A DNA stretch of 64,000 bases from Lama glama (lineage: Eukaryota): NCBI GenBank assembly GCA_028534125.1, contig CM052825.1, positions 11,532,001 through 11,596,000 of the forward strand. Reading direction: 5' to 3'. The position numbers were made by a program, and so were the translations under genes. The notes under the pieces were generated by a model that had not been told where the DNA came from, ran no database searches, and saw only the letters and a program-made list of their open reading frames with translations. Positions 25,406 through 38,536 of this stretch are shown in pieces (position 1 is the stretch's first letter; the number at the start of each line of letters is the position of its first letter).

Positions 25406-28054
25406 ACTATGGTGTGTCAATTTAATTATAGCCATATAGTAGAATTTACACACAATCAAAAGTCACCTTCACAAAGCGACATGAGAAAGTCTACTTTCTT
25501 AAAAAAAAAATCCAGATAATAACTTACATGAACAATATGATTTTAAGCCTAAAAACATGCCCAGGGAAAAAAGACAGGAAGAAAATACAAAATGCAAAGG
25601 TGGGTTACCATGGAATGGTGACATGCCAGATGACAGCAGGCCGTTGGCGGTGGTCATGATACTTTATTTCCAAATGTGTTCATGAGTCTAATTTTCATAA
25701 GAACCAAATGTAATTTTTACAAACAAGACCAAAGCCGTGAATGAACTAAGGGCTTAGGCATAATCGCTCTTTCCATCCCGGGGTCCATTTTTCTAGGACT
25801 ATCTGAAATCTCAAAGCGGAAACCATGAAACTCAAGTCATCTGTTCTTACACCTGATTCCCCTGGAGACTCTTTTTTTCCCAGCTCATATGCATCAGCTC
25901 AGCCTCAGGAACAAACCAGTCAGAGACTCTGCCCTTAGGTGGGTTTCAAGGTGCATATTTTAGCAGGCGCTGACAACTGAGTGAGCTAATCGCCACAGAG
26001 GGCGCCTGCCATCCCATTCAACAACATAAAAAGTAATTTGTCTCGGGGGCGGGGGGGAGAGAAAAGCCATTTCAACATGAAAATTGGTTCACGACAACAG
26101 GCTTGATAAAAAACAGCACGTAAGGAAAAGTGTCGGCAGGTCCATCTCCCCACCTGCCTCCTCCCTCTTTTATTCATTACCCTTTCTCTCTCGGGGGTGT
26201 CACCGCAAAAGGAAAATGAGGGTTTCTCAATGGAGAAACAAATTGGGACTTTTTTTTAAACTCTAGAGCAGTGAACCGGGACTGTTTACACATGCTATGA
26301 AGAAGGAAAAAAAAAAAAAACCTACAAAACATGTTCTCATTCTGCGCTTTCTACCTGAACACATTCCAAAGGTTTCAGTGTCATTATCCACAGTTCAACC
26401 CCAAAAATACACCCCTCATCTCCTCCCCTGCTTGGTGACTGTACCTCCATTATCCAGAGTTTTGGGCCTCAAACAGAACATCAAACCACAGTTTGGTGGG
26501 CATCAAATTCCTCCCTGCCCCCCACCCACTCATTAATTCAGCGAGCACCCATGGGGCTGCTATCCAATGCCGGCCAGAGCACTGCAATGGGGAAGGGCAG
26601 ACCCCTCGCCCCACTGGTGGGCCAGGCTCTTGCCAAACGGGGCTTTGGCTGCCTTCTTCCTGCATCTCAGTGCCCCCCACTCCCACCCCCAACACAATGG
26701 GTACCAGCTTTTCCTTCAAGACTAAACGCTGTTCCGCTACTCAGAATACCCTCTCTCCTTTGCCTTCTGCAAACGACCAATACCAAGCTTTAAGATTTAC
26801 AGCCAAAGTCAGGTTTCCCATCAAGCTCTTTTGCAGAAGGGAGAGAACTCCTCTCTGGAATCCTGGGGGACAGGCTCCCGGATCAGCAGGCACGTGTGCT
26901 CAGAAGGCCGGGGGGCCACAGCTCACCTCTTTGCCTCCTGCAGGAACTGCCCAGATGCTTCTGGTACAGGCAGCAGAACTGGGAGACCTGCTCAGAGGAA
27001 AGTCTGGTGAGGGCCTGTCCCCCTGCCATTTGTCAGAGGAGAGGAGACAGAGCAAGCAGCCCCCTGGGGGTGATACCCCAGCCCTGCAAGTGTGATGCGG
27101 TCTCTCTGGGACTGGGCAGCTCCACTCAGAAAAGGAGCTCAGGGCATTGAAGGCCAGCCACCTGCCAGATGGCACGTTGTGACTCATGTCCCAGTGAAAT
27201 GTTGTCTCTAATAACTGCTCCTGTAGCTACTGGTCTACCGTCTGGTTCCCCCCACACAGTGGTGCTCAGTAACTGTCTGTCAAACGGCAGAAGAAATCAA
27301 TGAACCGGGGCAGCACTCGTTAGAGCTTGAGTAGCGTGAGCTGGTCCTGCACACGGTTAGCAGGGTGGCCTCGGCGGGGTCCCAGAAACTGTGTGCAGCG
27401 TCCCTGGTGGTGGGCTGCTGGAGCTCACGGACTTACATCACAGGATAGACTGTGGCTCTGCCTCTCTGGCTGCCCTGACTTCCGGGAGAGGAAGGGAAGG
27501 ATGTGCAGGGCTGAGCACCGCCACCCACCCCAGGACACTGGCACCTTGCTCTGCAGCCCTATGGCAGCTGGTCTCCAGCTGTGAGGAGGCAGGTAGCACT
27601 ATTCTGAAGCTCCCTACGAGGGAGGGTAAAGGACACCCACCTCCCGGTGGGGACCACGGCAGACTCGGGCTAGAGCAGCCCCCACGCACCGAGCCTGAGC
27701 TGGCACTGCATTGTCCACTGAGCCCAGGCCACAGCCACTGGCTCCAGCCTCTCTGCCTTCCGGGGAGAGTGGCAGCAGTCATCTAGTGGGAAAGTGAATT
27801 TCCCTGCCACCTTGCCTCTTCCTCCCACTTACAGGAGGGGAAGACCCAGGGGCAAAGCTTCCTCCAGCTCCTAGTCACTGCGAAAGGGCTACAGGCCAGA
27901 CAGTAGCTACCTTTAGTTTAACAGCTCTACTGATGCAAGATGGAGCCCAAGTTCCCCATGGGGGCTGGGGGTGCCCCCACGATTTGAATAATTAAGTAAA
28001 GGGAACTGAGTTCTTGAGTACTTTTTCTGCTTTGGGAAAAGATCCAGTTTCCGG

Positions 28055-28400
28055 GATAGAGGACTGAAGAAGCAGGCAAGGTCCCTGTTCTCATAAAACT
28101 TACATTCTAGTGGGTTCAGACAGATGACTCATGAGTAAGCAAGAAGGAAGTTCCAGACAGTGGCAAGGGCTATAAAAAATAAAATAAAATAAAGCATGCA
28201 GCGTGTGGAGATGACTGGGAGGGCGAGAGGCCCTCCCTGAAGACGAAGCATCAGAGCTGAGGCCCAAATAGAAAAAGGAGCCAGTCATGCGGAAATCTAG
28301 CGGGAAAGCAATCCGGGCAGGGGAGCAGCCAACACAAAGACCCTGAGACGGGGGGGGCTTGACACTGACAGAGCAGAGGGAACGTGCGGGGACCGGAGCT
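28055..28400 (-). mobile_element. L2 fragment
   Basis: caaggtccctgttctcataaaacttacattctagtggg...gagctgaggccc...ggagccagtcatgcggaaatc. Confidence 0.75.
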
Positions 28401-28419
28401 CAGGGAGTGGGGCTGAGGG

Positions 28420-28615
28420 AGGTTGCGTTCCGGCTTCTCCACCGATCAGTCGTGTGCTCTTGGACAAGCTACTTCCTTCTCTGTGCCTCAGTTTCTTATA
28501 TTTGTAAAGTGAGAATAATACTAACATCAACTTTGTAGGGTGTTAAGGAATCCATGATCTAAGACATGTTAAGTATGTATGTCAGGCACATAGTAGACAC
28601 TCAGTAAAATTAGCC
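28420..28615 (+). mobile_element. MIR SINE
   Basis: ctctgtgcctcagtttcttatatttgtaaagtgag...ggcacatagtagacactcagtaaa. Confidence 0.85.
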
Positions 28616-28710
28616 ATGATGATGATGACGGTGATGGTGATGGGGAAGATGATGCTGATGGGGATGATGATGATGTGATGATGAAGATGGTGAAGATGAT
28701 GGTGATGCTG
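28616..28710. repeat. Imperfect (GAT)n trinucleotide repeat at the MIR tail
   Basis: atgatgatgatgacggtgatggtgatggggaagatgatgctgatg... Confidence 0.9.
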
Positions 28711-28879
28711 TCATCGTCAAAGGCCTCCATTGTGAGGTTGGCATCCCCAGTGACAGAAACACTCGGCACTGTCTATCAAGCAGACCCGATTCTCACCCTT
28801 GGCCCACACTGCCTTCCTGTCCTTAGCATCCTCCTTGTTGGATTCTCACAAGTTCATCATTGCCTTTAAGACCCTGATC

Positions 28880-29309
28880 TGTTTGCTGGGGTTGCTATAA
28901 CAAAGTACCACAGACTTAAACAACAGAAGTTTACGCTCTCACAGTTCTGGAGGCTGGAAGTCTGAGATCAAGGTGCTGATGGGGTTGGTTCCTTCCGAAG
29001 ATGTGAGGGAGAGTCTGTGCCCTGCCCCCTCTCCCCCAGCTTCTAGCGGCGTGCTGGCAGTCTTTGGTGTTGCTTGGTTTATAGAATTCTGCCTTCATTT
29101 TCACACGAAGATGTGTTTGTCTCCATCCAAATTTCCCCTTTTTATATGGACACTGGTCATTTTGGATTAGGGCCCACGTGAATGGCCTCATTTTAACTTG
29201 ACAACCTCTGTAAAGGCCCTATCTTCAAATAAGGTCACATTCTGAGGTACTAGGGAGTTAGGACACCAACATAACTTGTTTTTGGGGGGACACAAGTTGA
29301 CCCACAACA
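28880..29309 (-). mobile_element. MaLR solo LTR (MLT1C-like)
   Basis: gctataacaaagtaccacagac...cacagttctggaggctggaagtctgagatcaagg...caaataaggtcacattctgaggtactaggg. Confidence 0.88.
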
Positions 29310-30874
29310 GACACACACCTCCAATTTGGGATTCTGCCATCAGCTGCCTCATATGTGCAGGCCCCCTGTCCAACGCCATCTCCACTTCCACATCCAATTC
29401 TCAGATCAACGTTTCGGACCAGCCAGCCAGAGAACATTCTGAGTGTGACTGAAGACCAGCCAGGTACCTAGGCCCACGTTCCAGCCCAGCAGATATACAT
29501 TCTTTCCAAACCCAAAGCTGTGACAAGGATTCATCAGTCTCTCTGCCTTCCCTATGGGAGGCCAAATGTTTCCTGTGAAGAAAAACATGATGCTCTGCTT
29601 CTGCCAGGTGACTGTGACTTCAAGGTGGTCACCATCACATTTGCCACCCATCCCTGTAGATGACTGATTACCTGTGAAAGTCTCACCAAGCCACGGTCTT
29701 TACGAAGCTGGACCTTGCATGAGCGAAGGGTGTAACAAAGGGAAGGCAACCTTCCAGGGGTACTTCAGTCCATCCAATGCCCCGACAACATCCAGTGCGT
29801 AACAGCAAGGTTTGACACAACCTATTTCCCTGCCAGGAAACACTTGGGAAACAAGGTTGCAGGAGTCCAGGAGCCCAGCCACGGGGACAACCTGGAGAAA
29901 TCCATGGTTATGCTCCTGGAAGCAGAAATCTGAGGCGCTGCCAAGGCAGGCACAGGATTCCCTGAAGGAAGCCTGGTCCTTGGGAAAATTCTGGTCCTTA
30001 GACTCAACTGCCTGCCACCAGCCAATGGAGAGGGACCCAGACAGGACTGGAGACTCTGCAAGCTTTCCATAGGATTCTGAATGTGATGGAAGCTTTCCCC
30101 AGGCTGTGCGCAAGTCCCCCTAGGCTGGGCATAAGATGATTCAGGTCTCCCCAGGCTGGGGAAGGTTATCCAAGGTCACCCCGTTGTGGAGAGGTATATA
30201 GTAAGAATAAACAGTTCCAAATAAGGCATTGTTTGCCCCAAACCATCCCTGACCACTTGGACAAATAAACCCAGATACACAGTTGTATTCCCAGTGCCTG
30301 AAGCTACGTCCCTTCATAGCTGAGCAGAAATCAAGACTCTCACCAAAGCAGGACAAACACTCAGGGCTTACACTGGGCTCCCTGGGCGAGCAGAACTGAG
30401 ACACTTTTCCTGTAAATCGGTCTCAGGCAGTGATTGTTAAGACTGATGCTTCTTGTTTGCAGATCCAAATTCTCTTCCAAGAAGTATATTTAAGGATCTG
30501 CCTCTAACACCTCTGGGCTGCAGTGGTCACACCTGCCAGTATGACACCTACGTCTGGGCCCCTCCACCAGGAAATATGCCCCCTGTTTCAACAAGAGGGG
30601 CCTGGTCCTGCCCCCTGGACTTTGGGAATCTCTAGGGTAGGGGCAGAAGTGGCTGAATCTCAGTCAGAAACTGTCTGCATGTTGCCAGGGCTGGATTTCC
30701 TGCAAAATGTCAGACAAGAGGCTCTCTGAGGGGAGGGAGGTTTCTGCATTGCCCTGGGCCTGCGACTTCCAACACGGGACATCATCCTGGCAGATTCTGC
30801 CGCTGTAGAGCTGTCTGCCCGGTTTCAGTATGGGAGCTAGTCGTGGCTAACGTAGGTTCTGGTGTCCAGAATCC

Positions 30875-30971
30875 ACTTTCAGCCTCCAGAACTGTGAGAA
30901 AATAAATTCCTGTTCTTTGAGCCATTCAGTCTGGTTGCACTTTGTTATGGCAGCCCAAGCTGACTAATACA
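30875..30971 (+). mobile_element. MaLR LTR 3' fragment
   Basis: cagcctccagaactgtgagaaaataaattcctgttc...tttgttatggcagcccaagctgactaataca. Confidence 0.8.
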
Positions 30972-31061
30972 GCTTCATTTTGGGTTAAAAAAAAGTGAAT
31001 ACTCCCATTTGGCCAAACACAAACACTTTGTACTAGGGCCATTGCAACATCAAGGTAGGGA

Positions 31062-31475
31062 CAGTATATCCGCTTCCTATTTCTGCTGTAACAAATGACC
31101 ACAAACTTAGTGATTTAAAGCAACACGCATTTATTCCCTTACAGTTCTGTACAGAGGTTGGAAGTGAGTCTTGCAGGGCTAAAATCAAGGTGCTGGGAGG
31201 AAAGGTTCCTTCTGGAGACCGCAGGGGAGAATCCTCGCCTTTTCCAGCTACTAGAGGATGCTCCTGGCCCCTCCTCCCACCTTCAAAGCCAGCTGTGTAG
31301 CATCTTCTTTCCTCTCTGAGCTCCTGCATTCCTCTTGTGATGACATTGGACCCACTCAAATAATCCAGGAGAACCTCTTAATCACAACTGCAAAGTCCCT
31401 TTTGACACATAAGGTAACACACTTACAGGTTCCAGAATGCGAACACTTTTGGCGGGGCGCTGGTCAGCCTGCCAC
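31062..31475 (-). mobile_element. MaLR solo LTR (MLT1D-like)
   Basis: tgctgtaacaaatgaccacaaacttagtg...ttccagctactagagg...cattggacccactcaaataatccagga. Confidence 0.85.
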
Positions 31476-32364
31476 AGGCAATGACTGGCCTACCAGCATT
31501 TTCTGGGCTTCTCCAGAAGAAGCCAAAGCCCAGGGGAGCAGAGGCCTGTAAGGCCACCGGGACCCAGCAGTGAGCCTCTGTGTTCATGCAAGGGGCAGGG
31601 CTTGGGTTTACCAGGCAATGGCAGACCACCTCCCAGGGGAAACCAGGAGCAGGGACACTGTAGGCAAAACAGCGTGGACAGGACAGGACCGGCTGCCCCT
31701 CCGGAGAGGCCCCCTGTGAGCAGGATGCTGGGAGGAGCCCCTGTATCCTCAGGCTGTGCTGTGGGAGAGGGTCTTCAACAGCTTCACGGGCAGCTGGACA
31801 CTCAGAACTGAGCCCCAGGCCAGAAGCTTGGCTAGAGCCCCACGCTCACTGCTCACTGACAGGCCTGGAGACACCGGCTCTGTAACCGGGAGCCAGCAGA
31901 GAGCCGGCCTGGGGGAACTGGTCCAGCTGCTCCCCGTTTTTGCCAGTTTGGTGCCTTATGGAAAAGTGGGAGCCCTCTGGGCAACAGTCCCTACCAAAGC
32001 ACCTCAGGATGAAGGAATCAGACATCATGACCGCGTCTGGCATACTGACCCTGTCCCCGACGTCCAGGGCCTCAGAGCCTCTGAGCCTGGACTTTAAACC
32101 ACCCAGCATTTGATGAACCCCTTAATCTGTATGAGGGGCTGTGCAGGGCTTGAGGGGACACAAGGATTGCCGAGACACAGCCTCTGCCCACGGAGGGGGT
32201 GACCATCATGGACGAGACGGATGGCCACGGAATGCTGACGGGAAGTATACAATAATGTCCTAATTTGCTAATAAACACTGGGAGGATGAACAAAGAAATG
32301 TAGTGATCCCACCTGTCCCAGTGGGAGAACTTGACTGATGACCTGGGGACGAGGGGGTCAGAGC

Positions 32365-34500
32365 AAATTCATTTGTTCATTAACCCATTTGCCAAATATT
32401 TGTCAAACGCCCTGTGTGCCAAGTACCACACTCAACAAAGATATACAAAGATGAATCAGGATGGCTCTTGTCCTCAAGAAACTCCTGATCCAGGAAGATA
32501 AACAAGCACATAAAAAACGTCACTGCAGGGTGATAAAAACAGCAATAAACACATGCAAGAATGTAGTAGATAGACAGAAAAGGCAGTGTGATTGGCTTTG
32601 GGGGTGCCTACATTTTCAACTATTCAATCAGCCAGTCATTCAGTAAATATTTCTTGAGAGCCAACCTTATTCCAGGCTAGGCACTGGGCATACAGCGGGG
32701 ACAGGATCTCTGCCCACATGGAAAGTAAGTTCCATTCTATGAAATACCCAGGACTGGCACATCCATAGTGACAGAAAGGAGATTCACAGTTGCCTAGGGT
32801 TGGGAGGATTGAGAAAAAATGGGGAGTAGCTACTACTGGGCATGTGTATTTGTGGAAGGAGTGATAAAAATGCTCTAAAACTGATGGTAATGATGTTTGC
32901 ATGACTCTGTGAACACATTAGAATCAATTTAAGTAGGTGAATGTTTTGAATGTGAACATTCTCTCAGTAAAGCTGATTTTTATTTTAAGTGATGGTGGTA
33001 GAGAAACACAAGGTCACAACAGCATGCAATGACTTCTAGGATGGGCCAGCCCAGGAAGATTTCTCTGAAAAGGTAACATCGAAATTGAAATCTGTTTCCA
33101 GAGAAGGTCTGAGTCAGGCGAAGTGAGAAGCTAAAACAGGCCTAGGTGGACAGAGGGAAGCATGGAGAGGGAAGGAACCACGCGGTGCATTTGAAAACCT
33201 GAAGAAAGTTCCGGAAAGCTGGAGAAGAGGGGAGGGGTGGGGAGGAGTGGGCAGAGGCGAAAATGCAGGCCCGGATCATTCCATGAAAAGCCTTACAAAC
33301 AATTTCCAGAAAATGTGACTTTATCTCAGAGGCAGAGGGAAGGTATTTGAAGGTTTTAAGAGGGGACGTGACAGAATCAGGTGTGCATTTTGGTCATTCA
33401 GCCAACAAATAGCTAATGATACAGGACCTTTGATGTGGGAGGCCCTGTGCTAGGGGGTAAAGCTGTGAACAGAACAGACAAGGTCTCCTCCCTCACGCAG
33501 TCTGCATACTTACGAGATACCGGCAATAAACAAGTACACAAAGAAGCCAGCCAGATAACTATACGCTTGGAAAGACCCGTCTGGTAGCAGGAATGGGGGA
33601 GAGGACTGAAGGGGAGGACGACTAGAAACAGAGAAAAGGTAGGAGGCCCTGGCCACAGTCTAGGTGAGAAACTTGTGTATGTGTTATACCCTAATGAATG
33701 CCTTCCCAGAATAACGTTTCTTCTATCTCCACCCCCGCCCATCCCAGTCTACCTCCTGGCCAGGAGAAACCACCCTCCACCCTACCAGCTCAACATGCCA
33801 GAATGTCACGTTTCCAGCTTTCTCTAGCTTGAGCATGGACAAGTGGCCCAGTCATGCCCACTGGGACCTGAGAGTAAGTCTGCAGCGGGACATCTTAGGA
33901 AGGCCTTCCTCGTGCATAAAAAGTGACACACAGCAGGACAGGTCTCTCTTCTTTGCTTGATGTGGTTGTGTGCACAAGTGATGCTGAGAACAGTCAGCCA
34001 GCTCGTGAACCTAAGGGGATAACATCGCCGATATACCAAGCGTAGTGGAGTGGAAAGTCTGAAAGCACTTGTATCTTGATGATACTTATAACTCATCAAG
34101 TTAGCCCCAGAACTGTCCCAACACTTGCTTCTTAGTGTGTGAGATTGGTAGAGAAACAAACAAAAAGCCTTGTAGAGCCTGAGCTGCTTTTTGTTGGGTA
34201 TTCTATTTACGACAACCGAAGTCAGCTTCAGGGACGTGGCAGTGCACAGTACGCTGGCAGTGGAAGTCTAAAGAAGTGGACCAGCGTGGAAAATATTTAG
34301 GAGGAAGAAACAACAGGGCTTGGTGATTAATTATCAGCGAAGAAACAGATGCCTCTGAAGTTTGTGACTTCAACAGCTCGACAAGTAGACTGTCACTGGC
34401 TGTGGCAGGAAACGCAGGAAGAGGAGCAGCTGTGGACAGTTTGGAGGTTCCTTTGAGATGCCCAAGCGAAGGCTGAATGAGAACAGACAGAGAGGCAGGG
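32365..34500 (-). mobile_element. Cluster of L2 fragments with nested L1 3' piece (~32730-32985, +) and MLT1K-like LTR (~33790-34230, +)
   Basis: Repeated L2 tails (attcatttgttc, cattcagtaaatatt, cattcagccaacaaat) and L2 body motifs; MLT1 motifs tgatgctgagaac and ctgctttttgttgggtattctatt. Confidence 0.6.
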
Positions 34501-34739
34501 GCTGGTCTGGGCAGCCAACCCCAATAAACCCAGCGGGCATCCCCCCACCCTGTCATCTGCACTGTAAATTACACAATGACAACAGAAGGGAACATGGGGC
34601 TTCCCTTGAGCAAGAGGTGATGCTACCCTCGAATTACGAGCTCCCCTCTGAGTTCTCATGATGCACACAGGGAAAAGAAAGCGTAAGTCCAGATCATCAG
34701 CATTAGGGGCACTTGATTTGTATGCAATGCTATCGTTAC

Positions 34740-35015
34740 ACATATCTTATATGTATTATATATGGTATATTATATAGTATATAAGATATGCAGTATTATA
34801 TAGTACTAAGCTTAATATAGCATATTATATAGTATCATATATATATAGTATAGTGCTAACGTCCTACAATATTGTATTATGATGTGCAGTAATCCTACAC
34901 TATGTAATACTACATATTATATATTACATATCATATACTATTATATGCTATATATTACATCTGTATAACTAATATATATTATATTATAATAATATATACT
35001 AATATATAGATACTA
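34740..35015. repeat. AT-rich low-complexity (TA-based) degenerate repeat
   Basis: tatattatatagtatataagatatgcagtattatatagtac... Confidence 0.9.
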
Positions 35016-35144
35016 GTATCAGTCAACACAGGTTCAGTGCTTAGATTTGTAGCTACCACATTACAAGGACTGTATGTTGTGTGTATAGATACATATGTGT
35101 GTGAGTGTGTGTGGAAATGGTAGGAAAAGTCTCATACGTTGGTA

Positions 35145-35390
35145 TGTGTACAGCATGGTGACTATAGTTAATGATACTGCATCGTGTACTTGAAATTTGC
35201 TAAGAGAGTAGATCTAAAGCATTCTCAATGATTTTTTTTAAAGGCAACTATGTGGGGTGATGGATGTGTTAATAAGTTGATTGTGGTAATCACTGCACAA
35301 TGTGTATGCATATCAAATCATCACGTTGTACACTTCAAATATATTACAATTTTGTTGGTCAATTATACCTCAACATAGCTGGGGAAAAAA
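35145..35390 (+). mobile_element. L1MA-type 3' end
   Basis: tacagcatggtgactatagttaatgatactg...ttgctaagagagtagatct...caattatacctcaa. Confidence 0.85.
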
Positions 35391-35394
35391 CGGA

Positions 35395-36340
35395 ACAATC
35401 CCGGTTGCGTCTCACAGACATTACGCTGCATGAATGAAGACAGACACAGATGAGCACACACAGTGTAAGATTTCATTTATACGAAGTCCAAACGCAAGGC
35501 AAAACTAATCTACAGTGATAGAAAGCCACAAAGTGTTTAACTACGACAGGGTGAGAACTGAATGGGAAAGGGGACTGACGGAACTTTCTGGGGTGATGGA
35601 AATGTTTTAACACAAGGGTCAGCAAACTGCGGCTCATTCGCCAAATTCAGCCCACCTCCAATTTGTGTAAATAAAGTTTTATTGTCACACAGTCATGCTC
35701 ACTTGTTTACACATGGGCCACAGATGCTTCTGCACGACAAAGGCAGAGTTGAGTATGTCAAACAGAGAGTGTGACCTACAAACTGAAATATTTACACCTG
35801 GTCCTTTACCAAAACATATTACATGGGGTAACACGGTTACACGGGTGTATCCACTCACATGGAATTATGGGATGAATTATGTCCAAAATACATACTGAAG
35901 TCTTAATGCCTAGGACCTCAGAATGTGACCTTATTTGGAAATCGGGCCGCTGCCAGTAAGCCTGGCATCATTATGAGAAGACAGTCACGTGAAGGCAGGG
36001 AAAGGGAGAAGGCTGTGTGATGATGAGTGCAGAGGTGGGAGTTGTGCAGCGGCAGGGCAAAGAATGCCAAAGACGGCTGGAAACCACTAGAAGCTAAAAT
36101 TAGCAGGGAAGGATTCTCTCCTACATGCTTTAGACTTCCAGCCTCCAGAAACGTAAGACAATACACTTCTGTTGTCTTCAGCCACCCAGTTTGCGGTACT
36201 TCATTACAGCAACCCCAGGAAACCAACACACGTGGTTACATGGATTTCTGTATTTACAAGGTTCCATGAAGGCACACGTTTACCAAAACTCATCAAACTA
36301 TGTACTAAAGAGCTGTGCATTTCACTGGTTCTAAATTGGT
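35395..36340 (+). mobile_element. Old L1 3' UTR with nested MER58A (~35613-35815) and MLT1 LTR (~35860-36230)
   Basis: L1 motif ttctggggtgatggaaatgttt is followed by caagggtcagcaaact (MER58A) and acctcagaatgtgaccttatttggaaat (MLT1); L1 resumes at aaaactcatcaaactatgtac. Confidence 0.78.
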
Positions 36341-36743
36341 AGTAAAAAGGGGGAGAAATCTTTTTTTTAAAGAAAGCATAAGCAAGACAGCTTTATCAAG
36401 ATATCAGACTGGAAATCCTGGTAGCAAAGAACAGATTCAGCATTGTAGAAGTATCTACCCACCAGAACCTATTGTTTCAAATTTCTTTAAGGCAACTGCC
36501 CCTAAACTTAGGTCTAAGAAGGTGGAACCCAGAGAGTTATAGGAACAGGTAAGAATCATCAGATTTTAAAAATGATACCTAAATAAGATCTTTAGCTATT
36601 ATTTTGTTGCCTGGAAATAGAGCTCCAGCCATGCAAGTTATTTCTTAGTAGAAATTTAAGTGCTGACTAGATGAAATCAGGGAAGAAGGGCATGACGTAT
36701 TGTGTCAGGAAGCCATCATAATGGTCCAGGACAGAGTCTGCTC

Positions 36744-37220
36744 TGTAGTTGGCTGACCTGGCAGCTGTTCCTAATCTTCTTCTCCTTTACCATTCTTTAC
36801 TAAAGAGGCTGAAAAGCTAAATATTCACTTTTTTAGCCTCATCTACAGTTAAGACGGGCCATATGTTACAGTTCTGCCAGTAAAAATCTTAGGAGAAAGC
36901 TCCTCATCTCAAACAAGGAGAGTCTCAGGAAGTGAAGATGTTCTGCCCTTGTCTTTTCCTTGATGCTTCAGATGGCTGGTGTGAGGCCTAGACCTAGGCA
37001 GCCATCTTGAGACCACGAAGCACCAGATGTGAGAACAAAAAGCCAACAGCTATTTATACAGGGTAAAAAGCTGGAAAGAGCCTGAAGGCTTAAGGCCATC
37101 AATGTGTTGCTGCACCAGCCATAACCTGCCCACCTTCAGATTTCTTATTAAGTAAATAATAATTGTCTTTGTGATTTAAGCCACGGTTCATCAAGATTTC
37201 CTTGTTGGCATCCTCTAGCA
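36744..37220 (+). mobile_element. MaLR solo LTR (MLT1J/K/L-like)
   Basis: ggccatatgttacagttctgcc; ggcagccatcttgagacc; tttaagccacggtt. Confidence 0.65.
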
Positions 37221-37444
37221 TGAAAATATCAAAGTAAAAAGTAAAGCAGTAAATAATGAAACAAGCAGGAGAAGAAAAATAAGAATTGTTTACATTGATT
37301 GATGGCTTACTGGGTTCTACGTGATTTGTATGCATTGCATTATGAATTCAGATAGGAACTCTTGTACCATGATGATATCAAGAAACAGTCCGAGTAAAGA
37401 TGCTAAAGTCAGCTAAGTATCTGGGGCTGCTACCAAAATTGTGA

Positions 37445-37605
37445 ACTAGAGAAAAGAGCACTAGACTGAGAGTCAGCAGATGAGCATTCTAGCTCTGACA
37501 CTTCCACTTATGAATTTGGAGAATTACCCAATATCTCTGGGATAGTTTTTCTTTCCTTTGAGGCAATTATCCACAGGGTCCACTTAAGAGCTAACATTCT
37601 AATTT
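37445..37605 (+). mobile_element. MIR SINE fragment
   Basis: gaaaagagcactagactgagagtcagcagatgagcattctagctctgacact. Confidence 0.65.
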
Positions 37606-38277
37606 CCGACCTGTTTAGTCTGGCTCAAGTAACTTGGTTCCAGTAATTTGGCCAGATTTGTAAGAATTTATAAAATACTTATGAAACTTCATGGTCATGT
37701 CAAGGGAGCTATAGCCATTGATTATCCTAAGCTCCAAACACTTGGCATAAATGTTCAGGGCAGGATATAGAAGACAGAATTCTGTCAATAAAGATAATTA
37801 CTTCCTAAGCCCTCTCAACATGCTAATACAGAAGCCGTGAACTTCAGGAGGAATTATTGTCCGGGTAAGACGTGGCTTTGTGATCACAGCTATAAATTAT
37901 ATGTTAATGGCCAGGCACCATTTGTATTTGACTTGGAGATACCATGATGGGTTTTTTTAGACAGCAAAATTATTTCTTTCTTGAATTCAGCATTAAGTTA
38001 ATTGACATTTTCTCAGCACACACTTTTTTTTTTTGCAGAGAAAAAAAAGGACAAAAACAAAAAACAAAAAAGGACTTAGATCGTGACAATTGGGAAGAAA
38101 GTCTGAGATGAAATAGTCACATAGACAGTCCACAAAGCCAATAATCTTCAGGGCGGAGTAGCAAAAGTTTGATTATTTATGAAGTGGATCATGAATAAAT
38201 TGGGAAAAAAGAAGTTATTCAAGCTGTAGAAAACTACATGGATTTGTTTTTATGCTTAGCATCAATAGTAAAATTCC

Positions 38278-38536
38278 TAGAGGGTGGGAAGGGATAAACT
38301 GGGATTTCAAAATAGTAGAATAGATAAACAAGATTACACTGTATAGCACAGGGAAATATACACAAAATGTTATGATAAATCACAGAGAAAAAAATGTGAC
38401 AATGAGTGTGTATATGTCCATGAATGACTGAAAAATTGTGCTGAACACTGCAATTTGACACAACACTGTAAAATGATTATGAATCAATAAAAAATGTTAA
38501 AAAAAAAAAAAAGAAAACGCAGTAACACACAAAAAA
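38278..38536 (+). mobile_element. Young, severely 5'-truncated camelid-type L1 with perfect 14-bp TSD
   Basis: TSD aatagtaaaattcc at 38264-38277 and 38537-38550; L1 3' UTR motif ctgtatagcacagggaaatata; AATAAA at 38486-38491; A14 tail. Confidence 0.93.

Noticed and set aside
26493-27095. 200-aa ORF
   Set aside because: Low-complexity P/G/S-rich chance frame antisense to CALN1; no domain.
28569-28769. Poly-S/D/I/M ORFs
   Set aside because: Translation of the (GAT)n microsatellite at a MIR tail.
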